A DNA stretch of 64,000 nucleotides from an uncultured Nitrososphaerales archaeon (GCA_963695855.1 CAVOHZ010000010.1:928001-992000), one strand, 5' to 3'; shown: positions 44,350-56,052, counted from the stretch's first letter. Notes: generated by a model from the letters alone, not told the origin. Numbers and translations are program-made.

Positions 44350-45024
44350 ATGAATTTTAATGGATACACTCTCCCAAAAAAATTCTTTTCTTCTGATAAC
44401 GCATTAACATATGACCTCGTAGTTAAATATACGACTTTCGGAAAGGATTCATCGTGGAAAAAACATATTGTGAAAAATGTTAAAGAAGAACATATACGTA
44501 TTCTAGACCTTGCGTGCGGAACAGGGATCTATTCTACATTTATTCCAAGCTCAAATTTAGAGATCTTTGGAGCTGATATGACATATGATTATATTACAAA
44601 GGCAAAAAATAGAATGAGATACTCATTTCTAACAAATTGTGTGGCAGAGTTTTTGCCATTTCAATCTGACACATTTGATATAGTACTATCATCATACTTA
44701 GCTAAGTATGCAAATATTCCTCTTTTGGTGGACGAACTATGGCGCATTATCAAGAAAAATGGATCGATAATTGTTCATGACTTCACATATCCTACTAATT
44801 TCTTTATGCAAGCCATGTGGAAGTTATATTTTGTAATATTAAATGTAATTGGAAAGATATCTAAATCGTGGGAATTAGTTTTTTCTGACCTAGACGATGT
44901 AATCGAAAAAAGTGAATGGGTTAAGGATCTTGTAGAGGAATTAGATAAAAAGGGATTCAAATCTGTTACTTACAAGCATTATACTTGCGGAACGGCTGCA
45001 ATTGTATCGGCTATCAAGTCATGA
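44350..45024 (+). CDS. UbiE/MenG-like SAM methyltransferase
   Basis: YDLVVKYTTFGKDSSWK, ILDLACGTG, AEFLPF. Confidence 0.85.
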   Translation: MNFNGYTLPKKFFSSDNALTYDLVVKYTTFGKDSSWKKHIVKNVKEEHIRILDLACGTGIYSTFIPSSNLEIFGADMTYDYITKAKNRMRYSFLTNCVAEFLPFQSDTFDIVLSSYLAKYANIPLLVDELWRIIKKNGSIIVHDFTYPTNFFMQAMWKLYFVILNVIGKISKSWELVFSDLDDVIEKSEWVKDLVEELDKKGFKSVTYKHYTCGTAAIVSAIKS

Positions 45025-45725
45025 ACGAGTTTACCAGAATTAACGAATGGTTTGTACCAAATTTTGGTCCAGTAAAATTCAGAGCATTCATTGGATTGTT
45101 GTTTCTCCCGTATACTGGAATGTGTATTTCATTTACCATTATAGGATCTATGCTTTCACCTACGATATACTGGGATAGAGTAGTAGCTATATTTACAATA
45201 TACTTTTTGGCACTAGGAATATCAGCTCATGCGGCAGACAATCTCGGTTCAAAAAAAATTAAACCGTGGGGTAGCTACTTTTCAAAGTTAGAGCTAAAAA
45301 TAATGATTATAGTTGGTCTTTCTATTGCATATATTATTGGAATTTACTATGTAATAACTTCGGTAAATTTGTTATTATTTATTGGAATCATAGAAGGATT
45401 TTTCTTATTTGCTTATAATTTCGAGCTTTTTAGAGGTGTTTTTCATAACAATTTTTGGTTTGCCTTATCTTGGGGAAGTCTACCCTTATTAGCCGGTTAT
45501 ATCATGCAGACAAATACTATTTCTGAGCTGCCTTTAATATTAGCTCTATTTACGTTTTTAGTTTCTTTTCTTGAAATAAGATTTTCCAGAGAATACAAGG
45601 AAATTAAAAGAAAAAATTGTGATAATAAAAAATCAAGGAAATTAGAGTTAAATCTCAAACTTCTCAGTGCCTCCACAATTTCAATTTGCATAATACTAGT
45701 TATTTACAGAATTTTCTTTTTATAA
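45021..45725 (+). CDS. Multi-TM membrane protein, possibly UbiA-superfamily-like
   Basis: ATGA overlap with the methyltransferase; about 7-8 TM; AHAADN, AYN and WGSLP resemble degenerate UbiA motifs. Confidence 0.55.
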   Translation: MNEFTRINEWFVPNFGPVKFRAFIGLLFLPYTGMCISFTIIGSMLSPTIYWDRVVAIFTIYFLALGISAHAADNLGSKKIKPWGSYFSKLELKIMIIVGLSIAYIIGIYYVITSVNLLLFIGIIEGFFLFAYNFELFRGVFHNNFWFALSWGSLPLLAGYIMQTNTISELPLILALFTFLVSFLEIRFSREYKEIKRKNCDNKKSRKLELNLKLLSASTISICIILVIYRIFFL

Positions 45726-45757
45726 GATTTTAAATTTCAGTAAATACTATATAATAT

Positions 45758-46249
45758 ATGAAAAAAATTTTACAGATAGCAAATCCTTATCAAGTTACAT
45801 TGAATGATATTTCTAAACTCGAACAAGCAAGTAACACTAAATTTAATATTTATGAAAAAGTCTTGTTAGTGAATAATGGTACTACGGAACAAGTGCTTCA
45901 GGTTTTATTAAATACTTCCACCAAGATTAAAGTAATTAGACAAAATGAATCGAATTTTATTATGAGGCGTGAATCTAATATTATATCTAACGATAAAATA
46001 AAAAAAGTATTAGCAACAGCTATTTCGAAAATTTATGTGAAAAGAATTCCATTAGAAATAATAAATGAAATAAGATTGGGTAGAATTGGAATTGGTATGA
46101 TAATGATGAAATATCAATTAGAAATATTTAAGAAAATATTAAAAATAGGATATAATTCTAGTAAACAAAATATTTTTAGGGAATATAAATTGTTTCATAA
46201 TTATCTTAATATATGCGACATAAATGAAACATTCCTAATGAGATTTTAA
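45758..46249 (+). CDS. Chorismate pyruvate-lyase-like (DUF98/UbiC fold) protein
   Basis: LLVNNGTTEQVL, IKVIRQ, GIGMIM...LE, REY...INETF. Confidence 0.7.
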   Translation: MKKILQIANPYQVTLNDISKLEQASNTKFNIYEKVLLVNNGTTEQVLQVLLNTSTKIKVIRQNESNFIMRRESNIISNDKIKKVLATAISKIYVKRIPLEIINEIRLGRIGIGMIMMKYQLEIFKKILKIGYNSSKQNIFREYKLFHNYLNICDINETFLMRF

Positions 46250-46616
46250 TTTATAATATCGTTAAATTGTAGAGTGTATTGTATATTTTAGTATAATATA
46301 GTTTCTACTCTTTATTCCAAAGATTATTACCTTAATTATTTAACATTTTCTTCTCAATCAAACTCTTGCTGAAGATTAGTTAAAATATTATATTACTTTT
46401 ATAGTAAATATTTTATAATAAATATCGATCGTTCTTATGATGAATTTACTTAGTTACAATTATTATTTTTTCTTTACAGAAGGCAAAAAGTATTAACAGC
46501 CAAAATATCTATTTCTGATTATCGAATAATTGTTATATTTCATCATAATGTAGAAACGATCAGGATTCTGTTATGCTGCAACACTCTTTAATTTTTGATA
46601 AATGACCTTGTGACTA

Positions 46617-46787
46617 TTACGGAAGCTCCTTGTCCGCACATATATCACAATATCTTTCTATGAGAATAGCCCCATCGCCTACATTGAAAAAGGCTTCTTG
46701 AGTAGCTAAGTTACCACAGGTTACACAAAATTTTGCCTTTTTACTCGTTTCGATAGATGGTCTTATCAATGAAAAGGTTTTTTCCAT
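46617..46787 (-). CDS. 56-aa zinc-finger protein, below the ORF-track cutoff
   Basis: FCVTCGNLATQEAFF...IERYCDICA with upstream GGAGGGG RBS. Confidence 0.75.
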   Translation of the reverse strand: MEKTFSLIRPSIETSKKAKFCVTCGNLATQEAFFNVGDGAILIERYCDICADKELP

Positions 46788-47394
46788 TTTATTATTCCCC
46801 TCCTATGCATCTTCTATTAGATGAGATGACCAGAGGAGATATGATTAGAGCAATTTCATCAATCAATTTCGTACTTTCGTTCATTGATCTATGTGGTTGA
46901 TATGTCTATATGAACTTGTCTAATACAAGGTCAGTTATAGATACATTAGGATCTAGTATTCAGTTATATTGAATAAAAATTTTTTATAAACTTATGCAAA
47001 TTGGTTAATACAAATCTGTGAAATGCATATAATTTATACAAGAAATCTCTTTGAAAAGAAGATAGCACTTTTAATGGGAAAGTCTTAATTATTCCGAAAA
47101 TATTTTTTGTATGTACTAGGTAAGAATATTCACATATAATAAAATATTTCCGGCATTTTCTATATGTTTATCGTATTTTAGAATTATCGTATTTTAGAAT
47201 GAGTAATTTAGTTAAAATAGAATGCTTTACTCAAGATCAAGAAAAGTTGGTAATACTATTGTTAACGCAATATTACCCTAATATGCATATTTGTGGATGT
47301 AATCTTCTAATGGTTGTAATTGTGATTTGCGCAGGTTATAAAATATTTTTTCAAAACTCGTTAAATATGTTACTAATCATATAAATTGAAAGAA

Positions 47395-48297
47395 TCACAT
47401 TTTCACGCACTTTATTATAACATATTCAATAATTTTATCCTTTGATAGTGTATCCATCTTTAATATTGATCTGTATAGAATGTATTCTAGAACAGGATGG
47501 TATTCGCAACAAATTTTATCCTTTAATTTTTTTCTGTTTTTAATATAGAATTCAGCCAATGGAGAATAGACGTGTGGACCTATTTTAACTATATCAATTA
47601 CTTTAAACTTTTCATTTGTTATAGTCGAGGAAACATAATCTAATAAATAATGCTCAGATGCCCAACTAAAAGATAAAATACCAAGTTTTAATAAATTCTT
47701 AACCGGATTGAATAATTTCGTGATAACTGGTAGAGCTATAACCATTATTCCTTTCGGTTTTAAGATGTATCTTGTTTGTGTGATAAAATTAGTTAACGGT
47801 TTGAAATGTTGTGCTGCCTCTAAACAAATTATTCGATCAACTGATTCCTTGTTGAATGGTAAACTAATAGAAGAACTATTAATTAGACAAATATCATTTG
47901 AATATCTTTTTGACGTTTTTGAATTAAAAAAATTATCTTTTATTTTATTAGCTATTACGTGTTGATTATAATTGATATTTATACAACAGAGCCCTAAAGA
48001 ATTATATCTATTTTTCCACCATATGGCAGGGGATGATAAACCACTTCCCACATCTACAAGATTTCTTGCTGTATCAAGTTCTGCCATTTCTCCAGTTATT
48101 TTACACAGGTTCATTTGAGCTTCGTTAGGCTTTCGAATTTCATCAGACCAATATCCAAAATTTAACATGGTACTTCCTGTGGTAATGTACATTAGTGGAG
48201 AAAGAACATCATACAAATTAATTACATCTCTTTGATCTCGTCTAATTGACCATAGCAGAGCATTAATTGGATTAATAAAAATCATAATTACATTCAT
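47395..48297 (-). CDS. Class I SAM methyltransferase, tocopherol/sterol-MT-like
   Basis: MLNFGYW, LVDVGSG, CLEAAQHF. Confidence 0.85.
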   Translation of the reverse strand: MNVIMIFINPINALLWSIRRDQRDVINLYDVLSPLMYITTGSTMLNFGYWSDEIRKPNEAQMNLCKITGEMAELDTARNLVDVGSGLSSPAIWWKNRYNSLGLCCININYNQHVIANKIKDNFFNSKTSKRYSNDICLINSSSISLPFNKESVDRIICLEAAQHFKPLTNFITQTRYILKPKGIMVIALPVITKLFNPVKNLLKLGILSFSWASEHYLLDYVSSTITNEKFKVIDIVKIGPHVYSPLAEFYIKNRKKLKDKICCEYHPVLEYILYRSILKMDTLSKDKIIEYVIIKCVKM

Positions 48298-48591
48298 TTT
48301 AGAGATTTATAAAATTAATAATCGTTTGTATATCGGTTCGTATAAAGTTTATTTTTTATTACTTCTTTTCTTGAGCAATCATAATGTGATTAGGCTCTGA
48401 CAGTTCTGAGTTATAAAATATTCCATCCATCCTGAATGAAATGACTAGTATTTCTCTTTCAAATCATTAAAATATATTTCATCAATTACTTTTTTGTTCC
48501 GTTATAACTGAAAACGGATAAATACACATGAAATGAAACTAATTAGAAAATTAGAAAGCCAGATATTGTTTCATATCCCTAGTATATTGTC

Positions 48592-49467
48592 GTGCACTTT
48601 CATTTTTCTAATGGATCTCAAATAAAGAATTTAAAATTAGTTCTCATATTAACCAGCTCTTTTATTTCTGTTGAGATTTTTGCCGGATTCTTATTAAATA
48701 GTCTAGTTTTGATAGCCGATGCAGGGCATATGTTTATTGATATATGTGGTTTGTTTCTAGCTTGGTTTGCCATCAAGTTTTCACAAAAACCTCCTACACC
48801 GCAGAAAACCTATGGATTCTATAGATTTGAAATACTAGCTGCCCTAATAAACGGAATAATAGTATCTCTTTTAACATCATATATTATTTACGAGGCTTAT
48901 CGTAACTTTTTTTATTTTGAAAAGACATTAGATTCAATATCTATAATTTCTATTGGAATATTTGGTTTGATAATAAATCTTATTGGAATATTGTTATTAC
49001 AAAAAGACGCCAGAACTAACCTGAATATAGAGGGAGCCTATCTTGAAGTTATTAAGGATGCGATAGGTTCGGTCGGTATAATAATAACTGGAATTATAAT
49101 CTTTTTTACAAATTTTTCTTTAATAGACCCGATTGTCAGTGTTATTTTGGTATTATTTATAATTCCTCGTATATGGTCACTTGTTAAGAAGTCGATTCAT
49201 ATATTGATGGAAGGTGTTCCTCCAAATATATCATATGAAAAGGTTAAAAAATCTATCTTGGAAATAAAGGGAGTGACAGGCGTTTTTGATCTTCATATTT
49301 GGACAATATCTTCAAATCTGGATGCCTTAACGGCTCATGTGGTTATAAGTGATAAGAATAAATCAGATTTAATATTAAGAGAAATAATGTCATTATTAGA
49401 CAAGAAATTCAATATCTCTCATAGCACTATTCAAATAGAAACGTACCACGAGGCGGATTCAAATTAA
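48592..49467 (+). CDS. czcD: CDF family Zn/Co/Cd efflux transporter
   Basis: LIADAGHM, TYGFYRFE, DLHIW, SHSTIQIE. Confidence 0.9.
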   Translation: MHFHFSNGSQIKNLKLVLILTSSFISVEIFAGFLLNSLVLIADAGHMFIDICGLFLAWFAIKFSQKPPTPQKTYGFYRFEILAALINGIIVSLLTSYIIYEAYRNFFYFEKTLDSISIISIGIFGLIINLIGILLLQKDARTNLNIEGAYLEVIKDAIGSVGIIITGIIIFFTNFSLIDPIVSVILVLFIIPRIWSLVKKSIHILMEGVPPNISYEKVKKSILEIKGVTGVFDLHIWTISSNLDALTAHVVISDKNKSDLILREIMSLLDKKFNISHSTIQIETYHEADSN

Positions 49468-49556
49468 AAAAGTTGGTTCTTTTTTTGTTGTTTTAATCTT
49501 TTTCCTATAAATTATTTGTTGCTTTCTTCCTGAATTTTGTATTGCCTTTTCTGATA

Positions 49557-50957
49557 TTATTCTACATGGTGATTACGTATCAATTGATCATAGAATCTCA
49601 CAGATTTTATATTTACAAATTCAAATAACCCGTATTTTGATAATTCCCTACCAAACCCACTATTCTTTATACCTCCAAATGGGACCCGTGGATCTGATAC
49701 TACTACGCTGTTGACAGTCACAATTCCGGATTGAACCAGTCTAGATAGTCGTTCGGCCTTATCTAGATCTTGTGTCCATATACTGCCTCCAAGTCCAAAT
49801 TCTGATTCGTTGGCAAATTTAATCGCCTCCATTTCGTTTTCTACGATTGTTATTGGTGCTACTGGACCAAACGTCTCTTCTTTTGCAACGGGCATTTTTG
49901 GAGTGACATTCTTCAGTATTGTCGGTTCATAGAAATAGCCCTTTCTAGACAACCTTTCTCCTCCCAATAAAAGGTCTGCTCCATCCTTTATAGAACTATG
50001 AATCACTTCATGTATAAACTCGAGACTCTGGAGATTGATCATTGGTCCTATGTCTGTATTTTCATCAAGTGGATCCCCAACACGGAGTTTTTCTGTATTT
50101 TGAGTAAATTTTTCAATAAATTCATTTGCTACTTTTTTTACTACGAAGAATCTTTTACTTGCAATACAACTTTGACCACAATTTATAAAACGGCCCTTCA
50201 CAGCTCCTGCCGATGCCTTGTCAATATCAGCATCGTCACATATTATAAACGGGTCGCTGCCTCCAAGCTCTAATACTGTTTTCTTTAGATGAGATGTCGC
50301 TCGCTGTGCTACTTTTGAACCAACTGGAACACTACCTGTAAATGTAACTGCGTTAACATCACTAGAATCTATCAGATATTCAGCGATATTTGAATTTCCA
50401 ACTACTGTTTGAAATACTCCTTCCGGCAATCCAACTTTGTTAAATATTTTCTCAATTTCTAAGCCACATTGGACAGTGGCGCTTGCAGGTTTAAGAACTA
50501 TGGTATTTCCTGCTATTAACGAAGGAGCAGCAAATCTCAAAGCTTGCCAATAAGGAAAATTCCATGGCATTATACTTGCGATAACGCCTAATGGCTCAAA
50601 AGTTATAAAACTCTTTCTTGCATCAGTATTAACAATCTCGTCAGTCATAAACACTTGGCCGTTATCAGCATAATATTCCATGGTCCAAGCACATTTTTCT
50701 ATTTCCGTTCTTGCTTCTTTTATCGGTTTTCCCATTTCCATGGTCGCAATCTTAGCTAGATTCTCCTTATTCTTTCTAAATTCAGTAGCAAAAGAATGTA
50801 GATAATATTCTCTTTTTTTAAAATTATCCTTCCAAGTATTAAACGCATTCTTAGCTTTAATTATACTTTTATTAATATTATCATATGACATATTCTCATA
50901 TTCATTAAGAATTTCTTCTGTAGTTGGATTAGTTGTTTTGAACTTTAATGATAGCAT
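49557..50957 (-). CDS. NAD(P)-dependent succinate-semialdehyde dehydrogenase family
   Basis: MPWNFP, FTGS, LELGGSDP, GQSCIA, EETFGP. Confidence 0.92.
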   Translation of the reverse strand: MLSLKFKTTNPTTEEILNEYENMSYDNINKSIIKAKNAFNTWKDNFKKREYYLHSFATEFRKNKENLAKIATMEMGKPIKEARTEIEKCAWTMEYYADNGQVFMTDEIVNTDARKSFITFEPLGVIASIMPWNFPYWQALRFAAPSLIAGNTIVLKPASATVQCGLEIEKIFNKVGLPEGVFQTVVGNSNIAEYLIDSSDVNAVTFTGSVPVGSKVAQRATSHLKKTVLELGGSDPFIICDDADIDKASAGAVKGRFINCGQSCIASKRFFVVKKVANEFIEKFTQNTEKLRVGDPLDENTDIGPMINLQSLEFIHEVIHSSIKDGADLLLGGERLSRKGYFYEPTILKNVTPKMPVAKEETFGPVAPITIVENEMEAIKFANESEFGLGGSIWTQDLDKAERLSRLVQSGIVTVNSVVVSDPRVPFGGIKNSGFGRELSKYGLFEFVNIKSVRFYDQLIRNHHVE

Positions 50958-51523
50958 CTATTCAAATTGTCAAAATTTACTTATATAAATTGTTATGAGC
51001 AAATAAAGATATAATATAGTTTGATTTATATTAATTATTTATTTTTTAGTTTTCTGTCAAGTTCTGTAAACAACCTGTTGTCAGTTTCCTGCATGTATAC
51101 GCAACTTAACATTTTTCATTTTTATCAGTAAATTTCAATATTAATAAAAATCCACCATTTTCCCTTTTACTATTGTACCACCAGTATTTTAACTTAATAC
51201 CAATTATCGAGTAATAAAGAACAGTTGAATTAGATTTTAGAAACTTTCCGGTTCGAATTATTTTAATTCGTCTTTCAAATATTCAATTTTTGTGTCATTT
51301 TTCAACTATTTCATATAGTACATACAAAACCTGCTAATAACTATATTTGATTATATTTATTAACGATAGGTAATATATTATTCTATTATATTGTTACAGT
51401 ATAATTCCATACCAATTAATCTACTCTTAATTATCCTGTTGATTTGATAAATTGTCCTTGAATAAGTTTGTAAAATGATCTTAAGAAGACATAAAAAGAA
51501 TCGAATTAATTTTATAATGAATC

Positions 51524-52051
51524 TCATTTTCTTATTCTTTGACAATTTTCTTTTTGACCAATAAAGTTCATTATTTTTTCAAGATTTTTTTCTAAAGATT
51601 TAGATGTATCTATAGTCAAATGCTTTTCTGACATTTTTTCATAAAATTTTTTCATCTTTAGATATACAGAAATATCTGCATCTGAATAATCCTTTTTTCT
51701 AGATTGCAGTCTTGAAATTATAATATCTTCTGGGCAGCTACATTCAATAATATATATATCATTTCTTTCCGAATCTAGTTTTTCGATAGCTTCATCCCTA
51801 GATCTTTTCCGGTTGAATGTTCCATCCAAAATACAATTAGTTCCTGCAGAATGTAAGTATTTGGATATTAGAAAAAGTACATCATAAACCAAAGCCCGTT
51901 CCCATAAACTATATTTGGGTTTTTGAATTATTTCCTTTCTTATTTTATCAGTTGATAGTAATACTGCGTTGATCTTTTCTGATAGTTTCCTAGCTAGAAA
52001 TGTTTTTCCTGTTCCTGGTAATCCACAGATTATTATTATCAAATAGATCAA
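51524..52051 (-). CDS. AAA_33-type P-loop kinase
   Basis: CGLPGTGKT, STDKIRK, ILDGTF, SDAD. Confidence 0.85.
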   Translation of the reverse strand: MIYLIIIICGLPGTGKTFLARKLSEKINAVLLSTDKIRKEIIQKPKYSLWERALVYDVLFLISKYLHSAGTNCILDGTFNRKRSRDEAIEKLDSERNDIYIIECSCPEDIIISRLQSRKKDYSDADISVYLKMKKFYEKMSEKHLTIDTSKSLEKNLEKIMNFIGQKENCQRIRK

Positions 52052-52080
52052 AAAAATAACATGTTCCTTAAAAAAGGAAA

Positions 52081-52368
52081 TTAACGTTTACGCGCTATGA
52101 TAGTGTGAGTTTTCTCTACATACCATCTGATTTCATCTTTAAAAGTTGACCACCATTCCAAAAACTGATCACTTGTATTTGATTGGAACATTAGAAATCC
52201 ATTGTATTCTGTTCCCCAAGCGTGATCATACTCTCCAATAAGTGCTATATCCTTAGGTAAGCTACTCTTTATTTCGTCCCATTTGTGTTTTGCTATGCTT
52301 TTTTCTTCAGAATCTAATGGTCTGAATCTATAAAATACCATAAATGTAGTTTCATTTCCCATGTGCAT
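52081..52368 (-). CDS. Small alpha/beta hypothetical protein
   Basis: Clean ORF with GEYDHAWGTEYNG, 30 bp from the kinase gene. Confidence 0.7.
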   Translation of the reverse strand: MHMGNETTFMVFYRFRPLDSEEKSIAKHKWDEIKSSLPKDIALIGEYDHAWGTEYNGFLMFQSNTSDQFLEWWSTFKDEIRWYVEKTHTIIARKR

Positions 52369-52671
52369 ATTGATTAGGCTGGTGATAAATAAATGGATCA
52401 GTATAGCTTAGATTTCACACTATTTTTTCACATATGTTAAGGAACTGCAAGTGATATGACCTACTTTTTAACCATCTTGAAGACATAATAAAGATAAATT
52501 ATCAATTTTTCAATTTGTAATTCATTATTTCGATGATTTAATGTTTGTAAAATATAAATGAATTATTAAATGAATTATTAATTTTATACTTTATCTATGA
52601 AAGAATATTTTGTCATGTTATAATGTGCTTACCATTTCATTTAAATATCTTTTTAGGTATAAAATAGCATA

Positions 52672-53253
52672 ATGTCTTCAAATAGTGGATTTAATGAAAG
52701 TCCAAACCACTTTATGGTTTTGGACGCTATATCGAGAGGAATGAAAAAAATAGACTCTATCTCTAAGGTTACTAAACTTTCTAAAGCTGAAGTGGAGTTA
52801 ATTGTTAATGATCTGATTAGCCAGAGATTGATAGTAAAAAGCGTAAAAAAGGGTTTCTTTGGTAATAAAAAGGTGGAACTTGATGTCGCCAAAACTGGAA
52901 TAGAAATTCTTCACACAAAAAAACAAGAATTGTATGAAAAATCAGAACGTCTTCAACAGTTATACCAAACTGGCGACAAAACTCAAATGCAAAGCTTTAT
53001 GGATTCTAATAGAATGTGGATACCGATGATGTTATTTTCAGGAATTATGAATATGATGTTTTTTGCTTCTATGATGTCTTTTATGGGAATGACAATGAAT
53101 CCAACCGAAAGTTCAATGACAGATGGACAGATAGACCAATCAGGGGCTGAAGGAGCAGCGACAGATACTGGTGATACTGGTGCGAGTGATATGGATACAA
53201 GTGCTGGCGGAGATTTTGGTGGCTTCGATGGTGGAGGTTTTGGCGATTTTTGA
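52672..53253 (+). CDS. Winged-helix protein with TM segment and Gly/Asp-rich tail
   Basis: N-terminal wHTH-like pattern, Met-rich hydrophobic segment, GGDFGGFDGGGF tail. Confidence 0.7.
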   Translation: MSSNSGFNESPNHFMVLDAISRGMKKIDSISKVTKLSKAEVELIVNDLISQRLIVKSVKKGFFGNKKVELDVAKTGIEILHTKKQELYEKSERLQQLYQTGDKTQMQSFMDSNRMWIPMMLFSGIMNMMFFASMMSFMGMTMNPTESSMTDGQIDQSGAEGAATDTGDTGASDMDTSAGGDFGGFDGGGFGDF

Positions 53254-53491
53254 TTTTTTTTCCTGAAAAGAATTCATTGGGATTCAAATGAAACTTATTT
53301 TTATTTTAGAAACACAATATAGCTGAAGTAGACATTTTACAAAAAAATTAGGTTTATCATTATTATTTATTATAAAATATTAAATTTGAACGATTAGAAA
53401 TAGAATAAATATACTATAATTTGAAATGAGGTGGTGCTCATATTATATATGGAAGAGTATTTTCAAATTTGCCAATCATTTGTATGACTCC

Positions 53492-53740
53492 TCATAAGTC
53501 CTCTGACGTAACTAAAGTCAAAGTTGAGATTGATCCATCTATATTTTTAATATCATTTTGAAATTTTTCTCTCAAATCATCCATTGTTTTAACCATTATT
53601 TCCAAGATTAGATCATAAGCGCCGTTAATAACATCAACATTTATCACATTGTCTATTTTTTTAAGACTGTTGGCAATCCTATACTTATTAGCGGGTTCAC
53701 AGATAATCAAGATATACGCCTTTATCATACTAATATACAA
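53492..53740 (-). CDS. Lrp/AsnC ligand-binding domain protein
   Basis: KAYILI...GAYDLI...STLTL. Confidence 0.85.
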   Translation of the reverse strand: MYISMIKAYILIICEPANKYRIANSLKKIDNVINVDVINGAYDLILEIMVKTMDDLREKFQNDIKNIDGSISTLTLVTSEDL

Positions 53741-54530
53741 TTATTCCATCTATAAAAAAATACTAGTTTTTTTAACATAATAACTGATAGAAAAAGTGAA
53801 TAATGTTTAATAAGATAAATTATATGCCGTTTGTAGCGGATATAAACAATTTCAAAATGGATTTGGATATATTTTTTGGTATTTAGACCAATTTGAGATA
53901 AACATCACAGGAATGGCATACTAAAACTATTATCTGATTATTCATTAATTCTGAACAACTGCAAGTTGTCTATGATTGTATGTGTTGTAATATATTTTAA
54001 AATAAATACATGAAAAATTTTTATATCGATTATAGAGATTCAAGAATCGAAACGGATATTATTTGCGGGCCTGTAAAAATTTAACTTTTGATGTAAGGCA
54101 AAGATGTGTTTTCCATACTAGATATACACAATTTCATGGATATCCTGTACCTAAAACTATCTTGGAAATTTAGGATTTAATCATTTCATGAAAATGACAA
54201 AATTCAAAGATGGTACGATATCAAAATAGTTAGCAAGAATTGAAGAATTTTGATGAACTTAAATCCGTTGTCTAGCTTAAACGATTAAAATGGATATTAC
54301 AACTAACCATTTACTAACCTTGAGTATATTCATATGCTGATATTGTGTTTGGATGTTCGCAATAGTCAAACAATTTTATTCCGGCAATCATTTTTAAGTC
54401 TGATTTCACAGATACTTCGTTTGTAGCGTGTGTGATAAGCATATTTCTTATACCTTACTCTATATTTTGGATGATTAAAATATCTGGTAAATATAGTGTG
54501 TCTACGATATCAAAGTAAACATATTAAAAT

Positions 54531-54899
54531 ATGAATTTATTATACAAATCTTATAGCATGATCACTCAGTGTCCTGACTGTTCTAAAACCGGAAATAAGG
54601 ATAACTTTTGTGATAATTGTACTAAATTGGCAGATTACTTTGATGTTTATAAATATACCGAAAATAGTAATAATACTGAATTTCTTGGAAGAATCAAAGC
54701 TTATAGATGGAAGGATGCATTAAAATTTATAAAAAATTCCTTCTTTAAGAATGAACCCGAGATTGTGACAAACTGTGAAAAAGATTTTGCTTTTGTGGAA
54801 AAAAGATACGTTGAAGATAATATGTTAATTGGCTACAAACTTTATTTAAATAATATTTCATCTCAAGAAAACATCTCGCTCTGGAATTTGACTTTATAA
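54531..54899 (+). CDS. Hypothetical protein with N-terminal CxxC pairs
   Basis: CPDC...CDNC. Confidence 0.55.
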   Translation: MNLLYKSYSMITQCPDCSKTGNKDNFCDNCTKLADYFDVYKYTENSNNTEFLGRIKAYRWKDALKFIKNSFFKNEPEIVTNCEKDFAFVEKRYVEDNMLIGYKLYLNNISSQENISLWNLTL

Positions 54900-55094
54900 T
54901 TAGTTTTATCAAATTGCCAGAAAAAGAGATCGTTAGACAGTTATGCTATAGCCTAAGACTATTTGTCTGCTAGTTTCTATTCTTAAAATGTAAAATCCTA
55001 GTTAGTGTAAAATTTCGATGTTATTCGATTAGACAAAAAAATCTATTTAATAATACACTTCGTCGATAATTTAATATAATAAACTTTTTATGTC

Positions 55095-55216
55095 ATAAAA
55101 TTAGAATAAAAATATTATATTTTATTTATAGAAAATATTTTGTATAATTTAACTTTATAAAATTAGAATAAAAATATTATATTTTATTTATAGAAAATAT
55201 TTTGTATAATTTAACT
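55095..55216. repeat. Tandem duplication, 60-bp identical unit with 62-bp period
   Basis: ATAAAATTAGAATAAAAATATT...GTATAATTTAACT present twice. Confidence 0.9.
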
Positions 55217-55291
55217 AATAGAAATTTTCTTAAAAAAATCTTTAATAATGTACCTAAGCTCAAATATATCTATAAAGATCATAGATAACTA

Positions 55292-55543
55292 ATGAATATA
55301 ACAAACTATAGTCTAATTTTAAGTGTAGTATTGATTACGGGAGTAGTTGCAATGACCTTTTCTTCTAGTATTGCAAACGTATATGCAAGCGAAGATTATA
55401 AACATAAAAAAAATATAAATGTCCAAAAAGACATATGTATAAACAAAAATGTAAATATCAATGGTGAGGCAGTATTCTCATCTGATAATGAAGACTTTCC
55501 ACATTGTTTCAATTTAAATATACCACAAAATTCTGACGACTAA
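55292..55543 (+). CDS. Small secreted protein
   Basis: Signal peptide ending VYA; CINKNVNING. Confidence 0.6.
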   Translation: MNITNYSLILSVVLITGVVAMTFSSSIANVYASEDYKHKKNINVQKDICINKNVNINGEAVFSSDNEDFPHCFNLNIPQNSDD

Positions 55544-56052
55544 CATCAAAATTCATATACACATATGAGAGAATTAGATGAGTTACTCACAAATTCATTT
55601 TTTCTTTTGAACGATATAACTGTTGTTCAATCTTATTTACGATTTAATTATATGGAATTGTCATTAAGAATCTCTTCTGTACAAGCAAAATCTTTAGAAA
55701 GACTTATCAAGAGTTGAACTAATTATTTTAGCTAAATTCTAGTTTAAGGTAAAAAATTTAAAGTTAAAATCTAATATCCTAATTTTTAGACCATATTTAT
55801 AGTCCTTGGGTTAAATATATTGCCAGTTTATCGATATGTTATTTCTGTCAATTAGATCTTTTATTACAGAATACTGAAAATCTGTTAGATTTATGAAATA
55901 ATGTTACCGATGGTAGAAGCAGAGCTCTAAGAAGTGTTAAGTATTGATCTTGTTATATTGAAGAGCAAAAATAAATAATGGAATACAATCTAACTATCTA
56001 TTCCTAGCCAAGTTATTTACTAATTCTCTATCTGTGATGAGAAAATGTATTA

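Noticed and set aside
47168-47199. 16-bp tandem duplication (also a 12-bp one near 52557)
   Set aside because: Short AT-rich slippage duplications with no sign of function
48393-48401. GGCTCTGAC identical to the IS110 left junction
   Set aside because: 9-bp match with no following subterminal IR or other IS sequence
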